A stretch of 64,000 bases of DNA from a virus: the IMG/VR virus record IMGVR_UViG_3300005805_000044, one strand, 5' to 3'. Made by a program: the position numbers and the translations under genes. Below, one piece after another: positions 29,903-40,590 of this stretch. Under the pieces are notes generated by a model. That model was not told where the DNA came from. It worked only from the letters and a program-made list of their open reading frames with translations, and searched no databases. How positions within the stretch are numbered: the first letter of the stretch is position 1; every line of letters starts with the position of its first letter.

Positions 29903-29917
29903 CAATTATAAATATGT

Positions 29918-31234
29918 TTAAATTGTCACTAATTCCATTTCATTGTAATTATTTCCTTCGTAGACCTTGACTTTGAACCGTTTATTTCTAATAATATCTA
30001 CAACATCCTTGATTTCCTCGGGTTTGACATTTTCACCAACGTCAAACAAAATACTGTCATAAATATACAAAATAGGAATTATGTCTTTTCCTCTAACATA
30101 TTTGTTCACGTTACCCAAACTGTTAAGTCCATATTCAGTCTCAGTTGCTTGAATTATATAAGCAAATAACTTATTTTTGTTAGGATCGATGATATGATGA
30201 CTACTAATCTTTCTTTTGTAAATTGGAGTCTTTACATATCCTTTAGTAGTAAACTCCTCCCAATATTTGTTCTTGAGTTCATCCACTTTTTGAAAGTATG
30301 GAATATGTAAATGTTTGTCACCTATCTGACCATACAAATTGACCATCGTCTGTTTTTTAGACTTACCCAATGTTTCTGCATCAACGGTGTTAATATTATA
30401 ATACTGTTTTGCCAAATGTTCATAAATAGTCTCATTCTCTGGAACTTGGTATTGTATGAGTTGTGCCACCAGATATGGATGAAACCCAGTAAAGTCTACC
30501 ATCAACAATTTACCAGTTGCAAATCGTGATGTAAAACTTGTTCTACAACCATCTTCTTTGTTTAGAGCAACATAATTGACCGAATCAAACTTGTTGCTTG
30601 GTCTACCAGTCGGATTGTAAATATAATACTCACTATATACAGTATCATCGCTACCATTATGTTCACCACTCACAACTTTTGCATTGGAAAAGTATGATTG
30701 AAACACTGGTTTGTTTACATGAAGGCCATTGCGTTCCACCTCAAACAATGTGTCAGTCACAATATTATTAAAAAACTTGAAACAATACGATTCTACATTT
30801 TCGTCTTCATAACCGTCTACAATGTCTACCTCCGCATCAAATTCATTTTGGTGAACAACATACGGAATCACAATGTTGATATGATTCATGTTGTGATGAA
30901 CCATTTGTAGTTGAGTTGTATAAGAATGAACTGGCATTTCAACCACATTACCATCCTTGAGAAAACTAAACAAATTTACATCATACAAATCCACATTTGG
31001 AATATGATACTTGTATCGTTTCTTATTGTTAACATAAACCTTCTTATTGACCAACAGTTTCTTGAACTCTCGTAGTGAAGAATTTACAACAACATCTGGA
31101 TGATTAAAGTTATAGTAGTGTGACTGTTTTGTATCAAATTCATACACAAACGCTGCAATCACCTTGTCTTGAGATGGATGTAGGTGATTGTCTCGAAATA
31201 CAAACTTGAGATAAATTTTTTGATACTGTGTCAC
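29918..31234 (-). CDS. polA: divergent family A DNA polymerase
   Basis: TGRPSN, motif A DFTGFHP, motif B KSKKQTMVNLYG, IQATETE, motif C IYDSILFD; GTG start inferred from promoter position. Confidence 0.8.
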   Translation of the reverse strand: MTQYQKIYLKFVFRDNHLHPSQDKVIAAFVYEFDTKQSHYYNFNHPDVVVNSSLREFKKLLVNKKVYVNNKKRYKYHIPNVDLYDVNLFSFLKDGNVVEMPVHSYTTQLQMVHHNMNHINIVIPYVVHQNEFDAEVDIVDGYEDENVESYCFKFFNNIVTDTLFEVERNGLHVNKPVFQSYFSNAKVVSGEHNGSDDTVYSEYYIYNPTGRPSNKFDSVNYVALNKEDGCRTSFTSRFATGKLLMVDFTGFHPYLVAQLIQYQVPENETIYEHLAKQYYNINTVDAETLGKSKKQTMVNLYGQIGDKHLHIPYFQKVDELKNKYWEEFTTKGYVKTPIYKRKISSHHIIDPNKNKLFAYIIQATETEYGLNSLGNVNKYVRGKDIIPILYIYDSILFDVGENVKPEEIKDVVDIIRNKRFKVKVYEGNNYNEMELVTI

Positions 31235-31241
31235 AGCTTGT

Positions 31242-31270
31242 AGTATATACCACAAGTTCAGTATGTCCAA
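31242..31270 (-). promoter_or_regulatory. sigma70-type promoter, probably leaderless polA
   Basis: TTGGAC(A)-16/17 nt-TATACT; in-frame GTG 7 nt downstream. Confidence 0.5.
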
Positions 31271-31276
31271 CTTATT

Positions 31277-31663
31277 TTAATAACCTTGCCAAAATTGAAG
31301 GGGGTTATTCAACACCGTTTCTATTCCAGGCAATACAGACTTTGCTTTGTTGATTTGTATAAGATTATATTCTTGAACACCTGCTTCCATCAACATTTTA
31401 CCTTGATATAAATTATTTTTTCTGCCACTTATTTGCCAATCAACTTTTGTTTTGAGAAAAAACTTAATATTAATAGCATTATAATCTCTAGCACATGTTT
31501 CTATAATTTGACGTTGATTAATTCGTCCAACAAAATATCTAGTAATAAACCCATATTGATAATCATTCTTGGATGGTGTAGGTAAATAGGTGCTTGGATA
31601 TGTCATTTCGTAATCTGACAATCCTAATTTAGCCACCAATTCTGGATCTGCGTCTTGAATCAT
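31277..31663 (-). CDS. hypothetical protein (baseplate operon)
   Basis: ATGA-coupled; PTPSKNDYQYGFITRYF, WQISG. Confidence 0.65.
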   Translation of the reverse strand: MIQDADPELVAKLGLSDYEMTYPSTYLPTPSKNDYQYGFITRYFVGRINQRQIIETCARDYNAINIKFFLKTKVDWQISGRKNNLYQGKMLMEAGVQEYNLIQINKAKSVLPGIETVLNNPLQFWQGY

Positions 31664-34600
31664 ACCAATATATATTTGTAATCTTGATCAGGAGCACATC
31701 TCAACATTGCCGTAACTACAGTTTCCCACTTACCGGCGTTTAATTGATGGTCAACTTCATTAATCATAAATATAACGTTGCCTGGAACATATGGTTTTGG
31801 TAAGTTTGCTATAGCAATGTGTTGAAACATTCTAAATCCAAATATACCGTCAAATGTCAAAGTTAATGTAAAGTTGTCTGCTGGTCCTGAGTATTTGCCC
31901 GAGTTATTGATTGTGTCTCCATCATCCAACATCTCTCTTAATTTACCTTTTAGTGTGCTTGGTAAATTCAAATATACCCATCCTAATTTTATATCTCCAC
32001 TCGTTGTGTTTTCTACGAGTGCTTTTTGTTGCGCACCTTTTCTTATGCTCGAAAACCATTTATCGGTCGATTCCACAAAAGCATATGGATCTTGGCCTGG
32101 TTTTAGTGCGATCATTCGCATCACCAGTATTTCATCAGATTGTTTACCTTGTGTTTGTAGTTGTCTTATTTCCTCGTTTTTGTCAACTATTGGTCCATGT
32201 GGCACACCATTATTTTGAGGTTCATTTGGATTTTCTTGTGTTCTTTTTTCTTCTTCTGCTATTTCTTTATCAATATCTTTTAATTTTTGTTCAATCTGTT
32301 TTTGTAACTCAAGATCATCAAATCGATCCGCATAAACTAAAGATGGTAATCCGGTTTTAATTTGCGTAATTCTATCTTTCTTTTGTTTGGCACTGATGTC
32401 CATGTTTTTTGAAACCTCGGTGATCTTTGACATTACATTTGCTGCATTTTGACCACTACCATACAATACTTGATTGACTTGTTCATTAGTCATGTTGACA
32501 TTAAAGTCAATTTTTTTAATAACATTGGAAGTTGATCCGATATCAAATTTGTAAATTGCAGCTTGTCTTGGAATTTTTAAATTTTTATCAATTATAGATA
32601 AACCACCATTGTCACTTTTAACTGTTTGCAAGTTCCAAAAATTATCAACCGATTCATTTATTATACTTAAAATTTTATTAACAATTTGTTCCAACGTTTT
32701 CAATTCATTGTCTTTTCCAATTTCAATCAACTTAGACTTACTAATGTAAAGATGTTTTAAGTATCCATAATAATATGGTTGATATTTGTTCTGTGAGTTT
32801 GCGAATGGAAACGCGGCAGATGATTTATTAGGATTATTAATATTATAATATAACCAATTTATTACAATATCTAAATTATCACGCACGGATCCTAACGTTT
32901 TGAACGTATTTCTTGCTTTTAAAGCAGCTTTCCAAATAGTTGAATCCGATGTGTTTGGATCAATACATTCTGGATCAAGTTTACTGTTTGCTTTATTTTT
33001 TTCAGCTAATTGTCCAGCCTGTATTTCGTTGTCAAATTTTTTCCAATAAAATTGATCTATAAATAAATTTTGAGAAGCATCAATCGTTTCTAGATATCCA
33101 TCAGATACTTTTTTGTTACCTGCGACATCTCTAACTGCTGGAGTTCTGCCAATACTAATTTTTGGAGCTATTGGATTTGGAATTAAAACATGTTTATCAC
33201 ACGAAATCAAATTAGGATGTGCTGTGATGATGATGTCTGAGATGTCTATTTTGTTATTTTTTGTTGATTTTTCAGAACAAAACAAATTGATCAATTCAAA
33301 AACAAAGTCCAATTGATACCACACTTCATCATTTGATCCGTCTTCATAATCAAAGTCGGTTGATTTGTCAGCAAAAGACACAATACTGCGACCTTGAAAT
33401 GGTCCCTCTGATAATGATCCATATGAAATCGTAGGCGAATCTGCTGGTTTTGGCGGTGTTGGAATTGGATTGCCACGTTGACCTGCAGCTGCTGCAGCTG
33501 CTGCTCTTGAACCCGGAGGCGATGGGTTTGTAGATAGTTGATTACCACGTTGACCTGCAGCTGCTGCGGCTGCTGCTCTTGAACCCGGCGGTGATGGATT
33601 TCCAGGTGTGGGATTTCTACGACCGCCTCTACTTGCTGCTTCAGCACGACTTATAGTTTTTTTAGCAGCAGCTTTTGGTATTTTAGAACCTTTATATACA
33701 CTTTGATAACGACCCATGAATATTCTATTCTCTGGGTTGCCATTATAAAATAATTTTGAATTTATTGATGGTTGTGAATTGGATGACTGTGGTGTTGTTG
33801 ATGGTGTTGGTTGTGATGGTGAACTACCTAACGCAGACAATTTACTCAAAAAAACTTCAGTGGTTGATTGTGTCTTTTTCGCTTCCTTTGCATCCTTACT
33901 AATTTTTTCACTAATTTTTTTAGCGTTTTTAAGTATATAATTTAAAAAATTATCTCTTTCTTCAACTACTTCCTTTGTAAATTGAAGATAAGTAGAAAAA
34001 AATTCTTTTAAGTTTACATATTCGGTTGAGGAACCATCCTCTTTATCTGTTACCGTTGGATTATCAGCACGAAAACCTGCATACATTGCTTGACGTGATA
34101 TTAATTCCGTTGTGCAGTTATAAACAAATCCATCATCTGTTGAAAAGTTGTATTTTGATATAATACCAGTTACCAATCCATAATTACCAAAAGACTTGTA
34201 ATATCTTTCCAACGCTTGTTCGGGTCTAACAATTAATTTATAACAATCTAGTTTATCTGACAGAGTAAGCAATGAGTCAATATTGAATAAGTTCCAACCA
34301 AATTCTAAAAATACATTAATTTTTGGACTTAACCAAAAAGGCATCATATATTCAAGTTGTGCCAAACTATAACATTTCCAGTTTATAGTAGCATTTGACA
34401 TCATGTCTTTATTGGTTTTAACGTTGACTGATATTATGCCTGGAGGAGGTAGTATAGATGGAACTACAGAATTTTGAGGGAACTTTTGACCCGAAGGACA
34501 GTGTGGTCCAGAATCGTAGTATGTATTTGTTCTATATTTCGTGTCTATGTAATGTGGTTTACCTGTGGCTTCATATCCAATGATTGCTTTATCTTCAATT

Positions 34601-34992
34601 AATGTATTTCCTTCTCGTTTGTATCCATAGGCTTCGCCAAACCCAGCACCTCCTTGTAACAAAAATCCATCATACTTTGGAAGTTGGTCGTTCTTAAACA
34701 AATACTTACTAACTGGAACCGTTGGACTTCCAATCTGACCCGTTCCATTAGAAAATGCTCTAACCCACGCAGTCATTGGTCCTCTGTATGTAGCATGGTC
34801 TGTTTGAAAATTAATAACAGTATTTACACCGGCATTTTGACCAATATTAGTATTATTACTACGTCTTCTTAACTCACGAACCAATTGCCACGGAATATTT
34901 TGCGCTTCCCACCATCTAACCTCTTCTACAATATCATTTGTTTGTGGTGAGGCCCATGTTGGCTGTTTGTTTGGATCGGTGTCTTGTGCCAT
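31660..34992 (-). CDS. large baseplate hub-like protein
   Basis: position after wedge-like gene; N-terminal PPPGI...FLEFGW; C-terminal LTLTFDGIFG...FMINEVDHQL..GKWETVV typical of hub (gp27/GpD-like) ends. Confidence 0.6.
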   Translation of the reverse strand: MAQDTDPNKQPTWASPQTNDIVEEVRWWEAQNIPWQLVRELRRRSNNTNIGQNAGVNTVINFQTDHATYRGPMTAWVRAFSNGTGQIGSPTVPVSKYLFKNDQLPKYDGFLLQGGAGFGEAYGYKREGNTLIEDKAIIGYEATGKPHYIDTKYRTNTYYDSGPHCPSGQKFPQNSVVPSILPPPGIISVNVKTNKDMMSNATINWKCYSLAQLEYMMPFWLSPKINVFLEFGWNLFNIDSLLTLSDKLDCYKLIVRPEQALERYYKSFGNYGLVTGIISKYNFSTDDGFVYNCTTELISRQAMYAGFRADNPTVTDKEDGSSTEYVNLKEFFSTYLQFTKEVVEERDNFLNYILKNAKKISEKISKDAKEAKKTQSTTEVFLSKLSALGSSPSQPTPSTTPQSSNSQPSINSKLFYNGNPENRIFMGRYQSVYKGSKIPKAAAKKTISRAEAASRGGRRNPTPGNPSPPGSRAAAAAAAGQRGNQLSTNPSPPGSRAAAAAAAGQRGNPIPTPPKPADSPTISYGSLSEGPFQGRSIVSFADKSTDFDYEDGSNDEVWYQLDFVFELINLFCSEKSTKNNKIDISDIIITAHPNLISCDKHVLIPNPIAPKISIGRTPAVRDVAGNKKVSDGYLETIDASQNLFIDQFYWKKFDNEIQAGQLAEKNKANSKLDPECIDPNTSDSTIWKAALKARNTFKTLGSVRDNLDIVINWLYYNINNPNKSSAAFPFANSQNKYQPYYYGYLKHLYISKSKLIEIGKDNELKTLEQIVNKILSIINESVDNFWNLQTVKSDNGGLSIIDKNLKIPRQAAIYKFDIGSTSNVIKKIDFNVNMTNEQVNQVLYGSGQNAANVMSKITEVSKNMDISAKQKKDRITQIKTGLPSLVYADRFDDLELQKQIEQKLKDIDKEIAEEEKRTQENPNEPQNNGVPHGPIVDKNEEIRQLQTQGKQSDEILVMRMIALKPGQDPYAFVESTDKWFSSIRKGAQQKALVENTTSGDIKLGWVYLNLPSTLKGKLREMLDDGDTINNSGKYSGPADNFTLTLTFDGIFGFRMFQHIAIANLPKPYVPGNVIFMINEVDHQLNAGKWETVVTAMLRCAPDQDYKYILV
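33468..33601. repeat. in-frame tandem duplication, 72-bp period
   Basis: two ~62-bp near-identical copies (33468-33529, 33540-33601), each encoding NPSPPGSRAAAAAAAGQRGN. Confidence 0.9.
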
Positions 34993-34997
34993 ATAAC

Positions 34998-35288
34998 TTA
35001 ATTAGCATTTTTTAATGACTGAATTATTATTGGTAAATTGCCTGGAATTCTTATTTGTTTTCCAAGCGGTATAGAAAGTTTTCCATTACCTAAATTATTT
35101 GCATTTGCAATAACCCACCAATATGATTCATTACCATAATATTTTTTAGCTAAACTGTCAAGGTAATCTTGTTCACCAGCAATAATATAAATGTCAGTGG
35201 TGTCTGGTTGAATAACAGGGTAATACGTAGTGTTATATACTCGTTGACCATCCCATCTTTTACTTATAGGTGTAAATTGATATCTCAT
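34998..35288 (-). CDS. LysM-like baseplate wedge / tail X protein
   Basis: DYLDSLAKKYYG...WWVIANAN...G.QIRIP. Confidence 0.8.
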   Translation of the reverse strand: MRYQFTPISKRWDGQRVYNTTYYPVIQPDTTDIYIIAGEQDYLDSLAKKYYGNESYWWVIANANNLGNGKLSIPLGKQIRIPGNLPIIIQSLKNAN

Positions 35289-35290
35289 AA

Positions 35291-37906
35291 TTATGGATTG
35301 GTTGTTTGTTGTGTATTATTGTTTGCGGCTGCTAAATCATTATCATAACGAACATTAACTGAAAATGTGTTCAGTCCATTTAATACATCATCATAAGTAT
35401 CAACTCTTGTAACTCCATCTCTTGCCAACTGTTGTTTATCCATTTGTAAATTATATTGAGCAGCTATTTGATTAGCAAATTCATCCACTGTGACATTTTT
35501 GACTGGAGCATCACCCCATATTGCTCTACCTGTCTTAGGAAGATCTTTTTCAAGAACATTCATTTCAATTTGAATATCAGCTTGTCTTGGAAATTGTGCT
35601 ACTCTACCCAGTGAATTAGCTTTTCTTTGGTCAACCGAACTATTCAGTAAAATATTTTCTTCGTTCCAATTAATTGCTTTTTGTGGATTAGATCCATAGT
35701 ATGGACCATAATACCAATTTTGATTATTTTTTGATGCTTCTTCTGGTATTGTTTCCCAACCAGCATCTTCTGGAATAGTTACGTTACAACTATTGATAAC
35801 CACGTTATGATTCTTATAGAAATCACCTAACGTAAGTTGAACCATTGGAGCCACCATAAATCCACCAAACTGTTGTAGTGTATAATTGGATGGTCTTGTC
35901 AATCCAACTAAATAATTGATTCTGTTCCACATAGGCATCAACTCTTTGATACTATGTGCTACTACAGAGAAATTAAAGCTAACGCTACGAGTAAATCCTT
36001 TATAGTAATACAACTTGTCTGGGCGTCCTAAATATTCAATAGTTTCCCAAGTAGCATTATTATTATCATTAATGCTTTTTACTGTGGCATTGAATGGTAT
36101 GTATTTCTTGTTTACAATATCATAGAAATAAAACTTGATGATATCTGGTCCATATGATCCAAACTCTTTTGTGTTAGCATATAAAGCATCAAATTGTGGT
36201 GGTCTTAATACTTCCAATGCATTTACATAATCAACGTTATTTGTTGGTCTGATATATCTATCATTTGGACCTTCACCAAGTCTTGTGGGAACTTCTTTGC
36301 CTGGTTGTGGATTGGCTCTAAACAATCCTTGATATGTTTTGTTGTCGATACCAGGTTGATTCTTCTTGGCAGGATCAACGGCTTTAACAAAATCCATACC
36401 AATTTCATTTGTGTTAAATTTTGCGAATTGAAGGGGTTTTAATCCTTTACCATTTACGTTATATTTTGTTTTATTAGGTCCACCAATATCTGTTAAAACC
36501 GAATCTAAATTGTTAATAATTTTTTTAACGTAAAGATTTTCTTCGTCAGCATACGTGTCTTTGAAATTTTTTGGTTGTTCAACTAATGCTTTATAGTTTA
36601 ATAGTTGATCACTTTTTTCAATTTCAAGATTACTGTCAATTCCTCCACCAACTAAGTCTCCATATTTTAATGAATTGCCTTGTTCCGAATTTTTACTCTT
36701 TTCGGTTCCTATTGAATTGGATTTAAATGGTGTTCCTCCGTCATATACACCAACTTCATCAGTTGTTGAATAACTTATTGACGATTTACTTGATCTAGCC
36801 AAATTGATTGTAACTGTTGATCTTACAACATTTGGTTTGTTACTAGACTCACCATAAAAACGTTGAGGAACAGCTTGAGAATAACTTGCTCTTTTGCCAA
36901 ATCCAATCGAATTCAACAATCCACTTAAAATACCTCCACCACCTACACCGGTTGATGATGGATTAAATAATTTGCCAGCGTTTAGATACAAATCATAGGT
37001 TTGTTCGTCTGCACGGTATTTTGATGCCCACGGTTGTTTTGGGGGAAGAATGCCACCTATAGCAGTATTGTTTTGTATAAATTTTCCAATACCAGATAAT
37101 AGTCTGCCAAAAAATGATCCTCCGCCTTGATTTACTAATCTTGTGTATCTAGCAGCATTATATGCATTTGTAGCAGTTTGTCCTCTCAACAGGTCTTTAA
37201 CGTCACCTCTAGCTATAGGAGCGACCACTTCATCAGCACGGTCTCCACCACCAACTAAACTGGTTAATGTGCTTAAACCAAGTCCGTTACTTGCTGTGCT
37301 AGCAACAGACGATCTTGGTGGTGGTGGTTGAGGAGGTGCGCTGCCAACCAAAGCACCAACTGTGGATACCACACTTCCAATGCCAAGTCCGTTTATAATA
37401 CCTCCAAGAACATTACTGGTGTCAATATGACGAGTTGGTCTGTCGAGTAAACCAAATGACGCAGGTCTTAATGCAGCAATTAATGGTGAACCTGGATTAT
37501 ATACCTTTGTTTCGTCAAATGCTTGATATCCTTGAAGAATCAATTGTTTGACTATGAATTGTGTTCCATTACTAGATCCAAGATATTTTCTAATTAAATT
37601 TGCATCTGCGGCAGCTGCATTGACTATATTAGTAATTTTTCCAGATCGTTGACCTTGATTTGGATTTTTATAATCATATCTTTTCTTTAAAGCATCTGCC
37701 AGGCCCACATCTTCTGGTTTATTAATACTATATAATTTTTCAGCATTTCCGTTATTTTCAAACAAAGCACGTATTTTGCCTGGGGATCTAATATTAATAA
37801 AATCAGGTGGAGGAAGTGTTAAACCAGCACCTTGAACATTTGATAACGTGGTGATTTGGTCTGATCCACCTGTAAATCCTTCTACGAATGTATTGCTATT
37901 TGCCAT
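35291..37906 (-). CDS. baseplate / tail-tube initiator-like protein
   Basis: FNATV..INDN..ATW...YLGRPD..Y.YKGFTRSVSFNF, PMVQLTLGD; lies downstream of tape measure. Confidence 0.6.
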   Translation of the reverse strand: MANSNTFVEGFTGGSDQITTLSNVQGAGLTLPPPDFINIRSPGKIRALFENNGNAEKLYSINKPEDVGLADALKKRYDYKNPNQGQRSGKITNIVNAAAADANLIRKYLGSSNGTQFIVKQLILQGYQAFDETKVYNPGSPLIAALRPASFGLLDRPTRHIDTSNVLGGIINGLGIGSVVSTVGALVGSAPPQPPPPRSSVASTASNGLGLSTLTSLVGGGDRADEVVAPIARGDVKDLLRGQTATNAYNAARYTRLVNQGGGSFFGRLLSGIGKFIQNNTAIGGILPPKQPWASKYRADEQTYDLYLNAGKLFNPSSTGVGGGGILSGLLNSIGFGKRASYSQAVPQRFYGESSNKPNVVRSTVTINLARSSKSSISYSTTDEVGVYDGGTPFKSNSIGTEKSKNSEQGNSLKYGDLVGGGIDSNLEIEKSDQLLNYKALVEQPKNFKDTYADEENLYVKKIINNLDSVLTDIGGPNKTKYNVNGKGLKPLQFAKFNTNEIGMDFVKAVDPAKKNQPGIDNKTYQGLFRANPQPGKEVPTRLGEGPNDRYIRPTNNVDYVNALEVLRPPQFDALYANTKEFGSYGPDIIKFYFYDIVNKKYIPFNATVKSINDNNNATWETIEYLGRPDKLYYYKGFTRSVSFNFSVVAHSIKELMPMWNRINYLVGLTRPSNYTLQQFGGFMVAPMVQLTLGDFYKNHNVVINSCNVTIPEDAGWETIPEEASKNNQNWYYGPYYGSNPQKAINWNEENILLNSSVDQRKANSLGRVAQFPRQADIQIEMNVLEKDLPKTGRAIWGDAPVKNVTVDEFANQIAAQYNLQMDKQQLARDGVTRVDTYDDVLNGLNTFSVNVRYDNDLAAANNNTQQTTNP

Positions 37907-37927
37907 TGTATATAAATAGTATTATAC

Positions 37928-40561
37928 TTAGAATGTTGCTTGTCCTAATGATCCTCTTGTATTAGAAGATTTAGCCAAAGCATAGTTAACCTTTTGACCA
38001 TCAAGATTAACTGAGATACCACCATTAACCATAGTTTCAGTTAAGTTATCGACTCTATCAGCAATAAATCTTAAACCTTCTTCTAGTTTTGCCATACCAG
38101 CATCTTTTGTCTCGTTCATCTTGGCTAATACTTCAGCTCCTTTTACATCAATATTGAGTTCTGGTAGTTTAGTTCCAGACAGTTCTTTTAATGCACCAGC
38201 AGCAACTTTGATTCCAGCAGCTGCATTGCTCAATAATGACAACTGTGTTGTTATTCTGGTCAATTCTCTTGTGGGAAACAATATCATAGCAGCACCCAAT
38301 ATACCCAGTGAGTAACTTAGTGCTGTTATACCTGCTGCTCCAACAAGAAGTAATGGAGCAACAAGAGCAAGTTTTATAAGTGGAGCAGAAACACCAGCTA
38401 TGACCTCTGGTAGTTGTTTGAATGCTGCCAACATGGTTTCAAATGCTTTGGTAAGAACTCCGGCTACAATAGTTGCCAACCCAGTAAATATCACTCCCAA
38501 AATTGCGAGTGATGGAGCTATCATTTGAATAGCTTTAGCAAATCCAATTGCTGCTAATGATACTATTCCTAGAGCAGCTGCAAATAATATTACCCCCACA
38601 TTTAAACCTGGTATCAACATTATTGCTCCTAGTGCTACCAGTGAAGCACCAAGTATTACCAAAGCAGCGGTAAATGTCATTATTTGTTCGCCACTCACAC
38701 TTCCCAACATACTAAATGCTTTGGCTAGACCCATCACCGATAATGTTAATATTCCTAAAACCAGTGCCATTTTTATAAGTTGAGCTGGACTTATTGAACC
38801 AAATGCTGACGCCATACCTTTGATTCCGTTTGCCATAGCCTCCAGTCCTTTACCAACACCAGTTCCGGCAGATTCTGCAGCTTTTGCCAAGGCATCTCCA
38901 AGAAAATTAAGCACAGAGGATAATGTTCCTTTTAGTAGTTTAAACGTTCCAATTACTAAAAGAATGGCCGTAACGCCTACTGCTGCCCATTTACCAAGTG
39001 GATTTTCAATATTGGTTATTAACGATATAAATTTGAAGAAATAAACTTGAACACCCATGATCAAGTCATAAAGTGGTTTCATCAATTTACCAATATTATT
39101 CAAAGCTTCTTGTTTTGCTTGAGTTAATTTTTGAAGTTCTGCTTCAGCAGTTTTTTGTTCAAGTATTTTTTTGAGTTCTTCTTTACGTGCTTCAAGTCCA
39201 CCCTTCTGTAATTTTTCAAGCTCCTTTTGAGCCTTTTTCATTTTTTCTGCTTCTTCTGGGAACATACGTTCAGCCTCAAGCATGTTCTTACGTTGAGTTT
39301 GAATCTTTTGTAGTTCACCAAAATCTTTACCAGTAGCTTCAGCAAGTGCTTTACGTTGGTTGTAATTCAATTTATCAAGATCACCAACACGTTCAACTTC
39401 TTTTTGTAATGCTTTTTCAGCACCAAGCAAATCACCAGCAAATGCCAATCTACGTGATTCATTAAAATTTATATTTTGACCAAGCAATGCGGAGGCTTTT
39501 AATTCTGCACCAATTGATGATTCAAAATTTAAAAGTGCTTCGGCTGACTTGGCCATACCGTCTAATGAAGTTCCGAGTTTTCTTGCTTCAGCTGCTTGTT
39601 TGATTAACTCAGCAGTATTGCCTTTAAAGATTGTTCTAACAGCACCACTTGCACTGGCAACATCTCTCATTACTGTGCCGATTGGAACACCGGCTGCTTC
39701 GGCTGCTTTAGAAGCAATTGCGGTCATTGCTTCTTGAGCCATAACAGACGTGCCGCCTACTTCAGCAAGTGTGGTTTGAAACTTGGTTGCTTCATCAACA
39801 CTCAAACCAGTCAAACGACTAATGTTTGCTGATTCTTTACCAATTGCGGCAAGTTGTGGTCCAGTAAGAGCATATTCTTTACGAATAGCAGTAACGGCAG
39901 CAAGTATTTCTTGATTTGATGCTAAATTAGTTGATAATCCAGTATTGACTTTCTGAATTTCTTTATACTGATTATTAATTTCGTCTTTGGTTGTTCCTTG
40001 TGCTTTGGCAGTATCGCTCAACAATTTGTCATATCCTTCGGCCAATGACATGATTGTTTGATATACTCCTAAAATTTTGTCGTAAAGTTCTCTATTTTTG
40101 TTTAGTGCTGCAGCTTCTCGTTCTGCTTCTTTGGCTGCAACCCCTGCTAATTGAGCTTTTTTACCTATTAAAAGTTTTTGTTTTTCAAGATTATCGTTTT
40201 GTAATTGTGTTAGTCGAACTTGTTCTGTTGCTGTCAAACTTGATTTTGACGCCAAATTATTTCTTTCAGCAATTAAACTTTTAATTTGAAACATCTGACC
40301 TATTGCATTTTCTTGAACACTCTTCATTTCAAGAGCTTTGTTTTTTAATGCAGTTTCTTGAACTTGCATTTCCGCTAACTTTTTTGTAGTCAATGCAGCT
40401 GGATCAACCCAACCGTTCATTTTTTTACCAAGATCTTCAGCCGATCTAGTAATAGAATTAAGGTTCTTCATACCTTCTTCAAGTTCTTTAGCAAATTTTT
40501 TGCCAACTCCTTGAAGTGCTTGTTCCAAACTTCTGATGTCTTTATCGAACGACGATGCCAT
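37928..40561 (-). CDS. tail tape measure protein
   Basis: 877 aa, Ala/Leu/Gly-rich helical, hydrophobic C-terminal half, ends VNLDGQKV; follows chaperone-like gene. Confidence 0.85.
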   Translation of the reverse strand: MASSFDKDIRSLEQALQGVGKKFAKELEEGMKNLNSITRSAEDLGKKMNGWVDPAALTTKKLAEMQVQETALKNKALEMKSVQENAIGQMFQIKSLIAERNNLASKSSLTATEQVRLTQLQNDNLEKQKLLIGKKAQLAGVAAKEAEREAAALNKNRELYDKILGVYQTIMSLAEGYDKLLSDTAKAQGTTKDEINNQYKEIQKVNTGLSTNLASNQEILAAVTAIRKEYALTGPQLAAIGKESANISRLTGLSVDEATKFQTTLAEVGGTSVMAQEAMTAIASKAAEAAGVPIGTVMRDVASASGAVRTIFKGNTAELIKQAAEARKLGTSLDGMAKSAEALLNFESSIGAELKASALLGQNINFNESRRLAFAGDLLGAEKALQKEVERVGDLDKLNYNQRKALAEATGKDFGELQKIQTQRKNMLEAERMFPEEAEKMKKAQKELEKLQKGGLEARKEELKKILEQKTAEAELQKLTQAKQEALNNIGKLMKPLYDLIMGVQVYFFKFISLITNIENPLGKWAAVGVTAILLVIGTFKLLKGTLSSVLNFLGDALAKAAESAGTGVGKGLEAMANGIKGMASAFGSISPAQLIKMALVLGILTLSVMGLAKAFSMLGSVSGEQIMTFTAALVILGASLVALGAIMLIPGLNVGVILFAAALGIVSLAAIGFAKAIQMIAPSLAILGVIFTGLATIVAGVLTKAFETMLAAFKQLPEVIAGVSAPLIKLALVAPLLLVGAAGITALSYSLGILGAAMILFPTRELTRITTQLSLLSNAAAGIKVAAGALKELSGTKLPELNIDVKGAEVLAKMNETKDAGMAKLEEGLRFIADRVDNLTETMVNGGISVNLDGQKVNYALAKSSNTRGSLGQATF

Positions 40562-40590
40562 ATTCTGTTATTATATTAATAAATATCTAG

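Noticed and set aside
33468-33601. CRISPR repeats or a DGR template/variable repeat pair
   Set aside because: Only two adjacent in-frame copies encoding the same peptide; no reverse transcriptase in the window.
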